Origin: Gammaproteobacteria bacterium
GTDB taxonomy: Bacteria > Pseudomonadota > Gammaproteobacteria > Steroidobacterales > Steroidobacteraceae
DNA length: 47,396 bases
Direction of reading: 5' to 3'
NCBI GenBank assembly: GCA_030038875.1
Contig: JASHQW010000132.1
Coordinates: forward strand, 1 to 47,396
Both the position numbers and the translations under genes were made by a program. This document shows, one piece after another, positions 41,693-47,396 of the stretch. Positions within the stretch are counted from its first letter, which is position 1. The number at the start of each line of letters is the position of its first letter. The notes below the pieces were generated by a model. The model ran no database searches and had not been told where the DNA came from. It worked only from the letters and a program-made list of their open reading frames with translations.

Positions 41693-44600
41693 ATGAGCGA
41701 GCCCAATCGGAAGTCGGCGGCGGATGTCGCGGGCGTCGCGCGCGCAGCCCGCCGCGCTGCCGCTCTCATCGGGGCGCTGTGGCTTCTCGTGTGCGCGCCG
41801 GCCGTCGGCGGCGCCGAGCGCTGGCAGTCCCTGACCTCGTGGCAGTTCAACCGCTACACGGTCGACAACGGCCTCGCGAGCAGCGCCCTGACCGCGCTCG
41901 CACAGGATCGCGACGGATTCATCTGGATCGGCAGCCAGAGCGGGCTCATGCGCTTCGACGGCTATCGTTTTCGCACCTATCAGCACGACCCGCATGATGC
42001 CGGCTCGATTCCCGCGAACTTTGTGCAATCACTGTACGCCGACGCCAGGGGGAATCTCTGGGTCGGAACGGACAATGCCGGGCTCGCACGCTACGACCCC
42101 CGCAGCGGCCGGTTCTTCACCTACCCGATCGGCGGCTCAGGAATCAGCGCAGCCAACGTCGAGGCCATCATCGACGACGGCCAGGAGGGCCTGTGGGTCG
42201 GGACGGACGGCGGTGTGGATCACCTGCGGGTCAGAACCGGCGAGGTGACCCACCTCGATACGGGACATGGCGGCAACCTGTCGCACGACTATGTCCTCGC
42301 GCTGCATCGGGAAGCCGACGGCAGCCTGCTGGTGGGAAACCGCGGCGGTCTCACGCGGGTGCATCCTGAGGCACACAGCTACCAGCGCCTGTCCATCACC
42401 GACGCGTCGGGCAGCGTCGTAGAGATGGGCGTGACCGTCTTCGCCGAGGATGCGGCCCATCGGCTCTGGCTCGGCACCGACCAACACGGCGTGGCCCTGC
42501 TCGACGCGCGCGGCGCAGCCGGTCTGCCGCGCTTGGTCGGGAGGGCCGCCGCCGCTCTCGCGGATCAGTCGGTGCGTCGCATGGTCCTGGCCTCCGACGG
42601 CAAGCTCATTATTGCAACCTACGGCGCCGGCCTCTTCGTCCTCGACCCGGCGACCCTCGCCGTCCGTCAGATCTCGCACAGCGACAGCGACCAGACGAGC
42701 CTCGGGGCCGATGAGACTTACAGCGTGATGCGCGATCGGTCAGGCCTTCTGTGGGTGGCGACCGAGCAGGGCTTGAGCGTGACCGATCCGTCTCAGGCCG
42801 CCTTCGAGAGCGCCGTCGTCGACCGCACGCGCCCCGGCCGGCTCATCGAGGGCAACGCCCTCGCGACCTTCGTCGACTCGCGCGATCGGCTCTGGATCGG
42901 CCACCACGCCGGCGGCGTCGAGGTATTCGGCGCAGATGGCACGCGTCTCACCACTCTGCAGCCACAGCGCGGCGGCGTCGGCGCCGCGGCCGATCACAGT
43001 GTCTACGGACTGGCCGAAACTGCGGACGGAACCGTGTGGGTGGGAACGCACAACGGTCTGTACCGCATCCACGAGGACGGCTGGCGAGCGACTGCCGTGC
43101 CGTTGCCGGGCGATGCCACGGGGCCGAGCATCCAGCGCCTGCTGGCGGAGGGGTCCGATCTCTGGGTCGGTACCCGCACCGGTCTCTTTCGCTACGAGAC
43201 CCGCTCCGGACACTGGCGCAGCTACGCCGCGCAACCGCCCGGAGAGTTGTCCGATAGCTTCGTGCTCGCCATCGCCCGGCGCCCCGACGGCAAGCTGTGG
43301 GTTGGAACGCGCAAGGGACTCAACCTGCTCGATCCGGCCGCGGGGAAGACCGTGCGCTTCGCCGATGCCTCGACCACGGCGACTCTCGGCAAGGCCTTCG
43401 CGATCGACTTGTGGAGCGCGCCGGACGGCCGGCTGTGGGTCGCCACGATCGACGACGGCGTTTTCGTGCTGACACCGCTCGCGCGCGGGCTCGCTCTGCG
43501 CCACCTCACCGAGGAGGACGGCCTGCCCTCGGTGAACATCGACGCCCTGCAGCCGGATCTCTCGGGGAACGTGTGGGTCAGCACCGGCAATGGGCTGGCG
43601 GTGATCGACGCCCACTCGCTGCGGGCACGCAAATACCAGCGGGCGGACGGGGTGCGCTTCGGCGACTACTGGGCGCACGCCTCGGCGCTCACGCCCGAGG
43701 GGGACATGGTGTTCGGTGCCGTCGGCGGGCTGACCGTCGTGCATCCAGGATCGGTCGCCGAGCGCCACTTCGAGCCGCAGCTCCTCGTGACCGGCATCGC
43801 GTTGGGCGGGCATGCGCTGGCGGCGAGGCCCGCGGGATCCGCGCCGCTGGTCGTGACCCCGGCCGCGAACTCTTTCCAGGTGGAGTTCGCGGCCACCGAC
43901 TACAGCGCGCCGCAGAATCTGCGCTATGCGTATCTGCTGCAGGGTTATGACACGGACTGGACGGTCGTCGATGCGAGCAAGCGGACGGCCGCATACACCA
44001 ACCTCGCCCCCGGTGACTATCTGCTGCGGGTGCGCGGCACGGACCGCACGGGAGCGTACTCGCCCGCGACGCTGAGCATCCCGGTGCGCGTACTGCCGGC
44101 GTGGTATCAGACGTGGCTGTTTCGCCTGTTCGCGGCGGCGGCTGCGGCCGGCCTGGTTGCGCTGCTGGTCCAGGCACGCACGGCGTATCTGCGGCGGGTG
44201 AAGCAGCGCCTCGAGCGAGTGGTCGCCAAGCGCACCGAGGAGCTGCGCCGCAGCAAGCAGCAGATCGAGATGATCGCCTTTCTCGACGCCATGACCGGCC
44301 TGCCCAACCGCCGCCTGTTCGCGGAGCGCTTCGCGAACTTCCGCGCTGCGTCCGAGCGCAACCACTCGGGATTCACGCTGATTCTAGTGGACCTCGACAA
44401 GTTCAAGGCCATCAACGATACGCTCGGTCATGCCGCCGGCGATGCGGTGCTCATCGGCACCGCGCAGCGCCTCAAGTCCGTGACCCGCGAGGTCGACGTG
44501 GTGGCGCGCCTCGGGGGCGATGAGTTCGCAATCCTCCTCGACGCCACGGTCGCAACGGAGGACATCGCGGGCGTATGTCAGCGGCTGCTGCAGAGCTTTG

Positions 44601-44797
44601 CCCAGCCGATGGAGTTCGAAGGACACGCCGTGCAGGTGGGTATCAGCATGGGCGGCGCGGTCTACCCGCGCGACGCCCTCTCGCAATCGGAGCTCTACAA
44701 GGTGGCTGACGGCGCCCTGTATGAAGCCAAGAAGGCCGGCCGCAACACCTGGCGCATCTACAGCGCGCAAGCCGAAGCGACTTTTGAGCTGGCGTAG
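41693..44797 (+). CDS. Periplasmic two-component-regulator-propeller / Y_Y_Y sensor fused to a GGDEF diguanylate cyclase
   Basis: N-terminal signal/TM. Many Reg_prop-like repeats (DGFIWIGSQSGLMRFDG, GNLWVGTDNAGLARYDP and others). Y_Y_Y region (RYAYLLQGYDTDW). TM, then GGDEF (RLGGDEFAILLD). Confidence 0.9.
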   Translation: MSEPNRKSAADVAGVARAARRAAALIGALWLLVCAPAVGGAERWQSLTSWQFNRYTVDNGLASSALTALAQDRDGFIWIGSQSGLMRFDGYRFRTYQHDPHDAGSIPANFVQSLYADARGNLWVGTDNAGLARYDPRSGRFFTYPIGGSGISAANVEAIIDDGQEGLWVGTDGGVDHLRVRTGEVTHLDTGHGGNLSHDYVLALHREADGSLLVGNRGGLTRVHPEAHSYQRLSITDASGSVVEMGVTVFAEDAAHRLWLGTDQHGVALLDARGAAGLPRLVGRAAAALADQSVRRMVLASDGKLIIATYGAGLFVLDPATLAVRQISHSDSDQTSLGADETYSVMRDRSGLLWVATEQGLSVTDPSQAAFESAVVDRTRPGRLIEGNALATFVDSRDRLWIGHHAGGVEVFGADGTRLTTLQPQRGGVGAAADHSVYGLAETADGTVWVGTHNGLYRIHEDGWRATAVPLPGDATGPSIQRLLAEGSDLWVGTRTGLFRYETRSGHWRSYAAQPPGELSDSFVLAIARRPDGKLWVGTRKGLNLLDPAAGKTVRFADASTTATLGKAFAIDLWSAPDGRLWVATIDDGVFVLTPLARGLALRHLTEEDGLPSVNIDALQPDLSGNVWVSTGNGLAVIDAHSLRARKYQRADGVRFGDYWAHASALTPEGDMVFGAVGGLTVVHPGSVAERHFEPQLLVTGIALGGHALAARPAGSAPLVVTPAANSFQVEFAATDYSAPQNLRYAYLLQGYDTDWTVVDASKRTAAYTNLAPGDYLLRVRGTDRTGAYSPATLSIPVRVLPAWYQTWLFRLFAAAAAAGLVALLVQARTAYLRRVKQRLERVVAKRTEELRRSKQQIEMIAFLDAMTGLPNRRLFAERFANFRAASERNHSGFTLILVDLDKFKAINDTLGHAAGDAVLIGTAQRLKSVTREVDVVARLGGDEFAILLDATVATEDIAGVCQRLLQSFAQPMEFEGHAVQVGISMGGAVYPRDALSQSELYKVADGALYEAKKAGRNTWRIYSAQAEATFELA

Positions 44798-44833
44798 ACG
44801 CCGGCCGCCCATCGCCGGGCTCCGGCGGAGGCC

Positions 44834-45043
44834 TCAACGCGAGTAGCGGTTGTACGGGTCGCCAGACCAGTCCCGCGGCGGCGCCGCGTCGGCCTCCAGA
44901 CCGAGCGAGCCGGGCGCATCGAGCGATCCGATCAACTCCGCGACGGTCTTCTGGGCGAGCACGCCGGTTGCGACGTCCCAGTCCCAGACGGCCGTACCGC
45001 GAGAATCGTGAACTACCTTGCCGGAGAGTCGTTTTATTGACAT
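44834..45043 (-). CDS. Small hypothetical protein (69 aa)
   Basis: Internal ATG (CAT at 45041-45043) of ORF 44834..45154: MSIKRLSGKVVHDSRGTAVWDWDVATG...DWSGDPYNRYSR. The upstream 37 codons are Arg/Gly-rich. The gene is placed correctly behind a sigma-54-type promoter. The RBS is weak. Confidence 0.5.
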   Translation of the reverse strand: MSIKRLSGKVVHDSRGTAVWDWDVATGVLAQKTVAELIGSLDAPGSLGLEADAAPPRDWSGDPYNRYSR

Positions 45044-45077
45044 CGAAACAGCACCTGAGAACCTCTGTCCCCAACGG

Positions 45078-45093
45078 TGCAGGTTTGGTGCCA
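45078..45093 (-). promoter_or_regulatory. Candidate sigma-54 (-24/-12) promoter upstream of the 69-aa protein gene
   Basis: The minus strand reads TGGCAC-CAAAC-CTGCA, 10/11 to consensus with exact GG-N10-GC spacing. The predicted start near 45067 gives a 5' leader of about 24 nt before the ATG at 45043. Confidence 0.5.
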
Positions 45094-45192
45094 GAACGCG
45101 CCCGCGCTCGCGCCCTCGCCGCGCGTGCTGCGCGCCAGTGGCGGAACTGTGCATCGGGTCACAGGGGCCGGCGTCGAATCACGTACGAGCGG

Positions 45193-47232
45193 TCAGTCCA
45201 AGCCGCCGCCCCATTTAAGAAGCGGCAACAGACTGTTGTAGCCGTCCGTCCACAGCCGCAGACCCGGCACCTTCGCGATGTCGACCCGATCGGCCTGCAG
45301 GGCGGGCTGCGCGAGAAAGCGCGCATCGTCCGTTACGAGTACCCAGTCAGCGCTCAGCTCACCGCGCGAATCGTCGTCATCGGAGTCGATCTCGAGCGCC
45401 TGCAAGCCGGCGTGGGCGGCTTGCGCGCGCACGACCGGAGCGAGCTCGAGGTACTTGTTGGAGACGTGGAAGGCGATGATCCCGCCGGCGCGCAGGTGGT
45501 GCCGATAGAGCGTGACTGCCTCGGCGGTAAGCAGGTGCACGGGGATGGCATCGCCTGAGAAAGCATCCACCACCAGCACATCAAACTCCTGGCTCGGCTC
45601 AGCCATGAGCGACACGCGCGCATCGCCCGGGACGACCTCGATCGTGGCGTGCGAGTCGCCGAGGTAGCTGAAAAAACTGTGGGCAATGGGCTCGACGAGA
45701 GGGTTGATCTCGTAGAAGCGGAAAAGATCGCCGCGGCGCCCGTACACGGCGAGGGTTCCCGCGCCGAGACCGATGATGCCGACCCGCCGGGCACGCTCGC
45801 TGCAACATAGATCGAGTGCCAGCCCCACGCCTGAGTCGCTGGCGTAGTAGGTGGTAGCCGTGGAGCGCAGTGCCCCGTCGAGCCACTGCGCCCCGTGCTC
45901 GATCGTGCCGTTGTAGAGCGTGCGGACGCGGCCTGCCGCGCTGCCCTCCTCGGTCACGCGCAGCGCGCCGTAGAAGTTGCGCACCTTGGCGAGCGAGTGC
46001 TCCCCGTAGGTGTGTACGTAGACGAAGGATGCGAGCGCAATAGCAAGCGTCATGAGGGACCACAGCGCGCGCCAGGCGAGCCCCTCGCGCGCACTGACCG
46101 TGAGCGCAAGGATGGCGGTCAGCAGCAGCGCGCAGCAGAGCTCGTAGTCACCCGCGAATGCCAGCGGCGCGACGATACCGACGAAGACCGCACCCGCCGC
46201 CCCGCCGGCAGCGATGCACAGGTAGAACCTGGTGCTGTCGCGGGCGGCGGGCCGTAGTCGATAGAGCTCGGCATGGCAGAAGATACAGGCGATGAGCAGC
46301 GAGCCGCAGAACAGCGGCAGGCTGATCGCCAAACCAAGATCGCTTACGTCAGCCCACAGGAGATAGCCGAGAGCCGCGAGCACGACTGCCAGCGCGAGCC
46401 AGATGCTCCGGCGCGGATACCACGCGCCGCCCTGAAAGGTGATCATGAAGCTCAACAGGTACAGCGTGAGCGGTACCACCCAGAGCAGCGGGATGGCGGC
46501 GATGTTCTGGCTGAGATGAGCGGTCACCGCGCATAGCAGCACCGAGCCGCAGGCCGCAAGGCACAGCCACAATACCGTGGTTTTGAGCGAGGCCGCCTCT
46601 TCGGGAAAGCGCGCCTGCGAGGCGGGCACCGCCCCACCGGCACGGGAACGCCAGACGAGGAGCGCACATAGCGCTGCGTAGAGGGCCAGGCCTCCGCGCC
46701 ACACGCTCATCTGCGCGTCGAGACTCGAATGCGGCTCGATCAGGGAGGGATAACTGGCGAGTGCGGCGAGCGAGCCGAAATTCGACAGCACGAACAGCCG
46801 GTACGGCGGCCGCAGGTCGGCCCCGCTCGCCAGAGCGCGCGCGTACCAGGCTTGCAGCAGCGGGCTGCTGGCAGAAAGCGCGATGAAAGGCAGTCCGATC
46901 AGGCCCGCAAGCAGCGCAAAGACGCTGAGGGCGGGGTGCGCGAGATCCGGCTCGAGATGCGCGGGGGTGATGAGAGTTGCAACGAGCGCGCTGCCGAGAA
47001 TCGTGAGATAGGCAACACTCTGCTGGCGCACGCCACCGCGGGTCGCGAGCGCATGAGCGAGCACATATCCGAGCAGCAGCGCGGTCTGAAAGAATACGAG
47101 GCAGGTCGTCCAGACGGCCGCCGAACCTCCGAACAGCGGCAGCAGGCGCTTGGCCGCCATCGGCTCCATGAGGAAGAGCAGACAGCTCGCAAGGAAGATC
47201 GCAAAAGCGTACAGAGCGCGCAGCAGCGACAT
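45193..47232 (-). CDS. Fused polytopic-membrane / spermidine synthase-like (SAM-dependent aminopropyltransferase fold) protein
   Basis: Start MSLLRALYAFAIFLASCLLFLMEP (CAT at 47230-47232). More than 10 TM segments, then VGIIGLGAGTLAVYG...FYEINPLV...VLVVDAFSGDAIPVHLLT. Upstream ORF codons overlap the msrA 3' end and are not part of this gene. Confidence 0.85.
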   Translation of the reverse strand: MSLLRALYAFAIFLASCLLFLMEPMAAKRLLPLFGGSAAVWTTCLVFFQTALLLGYVLAHALATRGGVRQQSVAYLTILGSALVATLITPAHLEPDLAHPALSVFALLAGLIGLPFIALSASSPLLQAWYARALASGADLRPPYRLFVLSNFGSLAALASYPSLIEPHSSLDAQMSVWRGGLALYAALCALLVWRSRAGGAVPASQARFPEEAASLKTTVLWLCLAACGSVLLCAVTAHLSQNIAAIPLLWVVPLTLYLLSFMITFQGGAWYPRRSIWLALAVVLAALGYLLWADVSDLGLAISLPLFCGSLLIACIFCHAELYRLRPAARDSTRFYLCIAAGGAAGAVFVGIVAPLAFAGDYELCCALLLTAILALTVSAREGLAWRALWSLMTLAIALASFVYVHTYGEHSLAKVRNFYGALRVTEEGSAAGRVRTLYNGTIEHGAQWLDGALRSTATTYYASDSGVGLALDLCCSERARRVGIIGLGAGTLAVYGRRGDLFRFYEINPLVEPIAHSFFSYLGDSHATIEVVPGDARVSLMAEPSQEFDVLVVDAFSGDAIPVHLLTAEAVTLYRHHLRAGGIIAFHVSNKYLELAPVVRAQAAHAGLQALEIDSDDDDSRGELSADWVLVTDDARFLAQPALQADRVDIAKVPGLRLWTDGYNSLLPLLKWGGGLD

Positions 47233-47294
47233 GCCGCGTGTCAGCTTAGCGAAAACGCGCTCCCGGAGGGCTGGAATCCTCAGTGTAGCTTCGT

Positions 47295-47396
47295 CTACGC
47301 CTTCTCCCCCGCCTGTAACCCCGCGGATTCGTAGGGGACCCCACATCCGCCCAGCCCGCAATAGCCGTCAGGATTCTTCGCCAGGTACTGCTGGTG
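47295..47396 (-). CDS. msrA: Peptide-methionine (S)-S-oxide reductase MsrA, C-terminal fragment (rest outside the window)
   Basis: My own translation of the minus strand from the window edge: [33 protein letters not shown], with stop TAG (CTA at 47295-47297). HQQYL-KNP-GYCG is the conserved MsrA C-terminus. Absent from the ORF track. Confidence 0.8.
   Translation of the reverse strand, partial: HQQYLAKNPDGYCGLGGCGVPYESAGLQAGEKA

Noticed and set aside
47245-47268. Minus-strand GGGAGCGCGTTTTCGCT, resembling a glnAp2-type -12 region, upstream of the spermidine-synthase-like gene.
   Set aside because: GG and GC are 11 nt apart, and the -24 half does not match TGGCAC.
1-47396. A scan for CRISPR repeats, IS elements/transposases, integrases, phage genes, tRNA/rRNA genes and riboswitch-like leaders.
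   Set aside because: I found no regularly spaced repeats, no transposase- or integrase-like ORFs, and no cloverleaf-compatible sequence (a GTCGAATC near 45170 lacks flanking T-arm pairing). The larger intergenic gaps are explained by promoters, terminators or the DUF1348 remnant. This was a by-eye scan, so small RNAs cannot be excluded.

Overview
This is a high-GC (by eye about 68-70% G+C) proteobacterial chromosomal segment. I called 41 protein-coding features, including two genes cut by the window edges (a WbuC-like cupin at the 5' end and an msrA C-terminus at the 3' end that the ORF track misses) and one truncated remnant. I recognised no rRNA, tRNA, CRISPR array, transposase or phage gene. 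The many long ORFs antisense to real genes look like GC-composition artefacts.

Content from left to right:
- Housekeeping and envelope genes: PEP-mutase family, GH17, two VOC proteins, a DUF748 giant protein, a TonB-dependent receptor, an SRAP peptidase, an MBOAT plus DltD-like pair, a DUF885/permease group, and an S8 protease with an unusual C-terminal sorting tail.
- A dense signalling block: a multi-PAS hybrid kinase with a sigma-54 response regulator, divergent from HDOD plus a sensor-less GGDEF-EAL. Next comes an operon of a soluble 3xPAS chemoreceptor, a HAMP-only membrane sensor and a 60-aa protein, preceded by a His-cluster low-complexity protein.
- A porin, followed by a nitrite/NO module (nsrR-nirK(cyt c fusion)-nirV-sco with a truncated DUF1348), with nnrS nearby.
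- An NCS1 permease, a propeller/Y_Y_Y diguanylate cyclase and a fused membrane/spermidine-synthase-like protein.

The most interesting signals come from direct reading of intergenic DNA:
- One perfect, one near-perfect and one weaker sigma-54 -24/-12 promoter, all in front of uncharacterised or signalling genes, in a window that encodes one sigma-54 activator.
- A FliA-like promoter upstream of the chemoreceptor.
- An NsrR-type operator upstream of nsrR.

All functional calls rest on motifs I recognised by eye. No searches were run.
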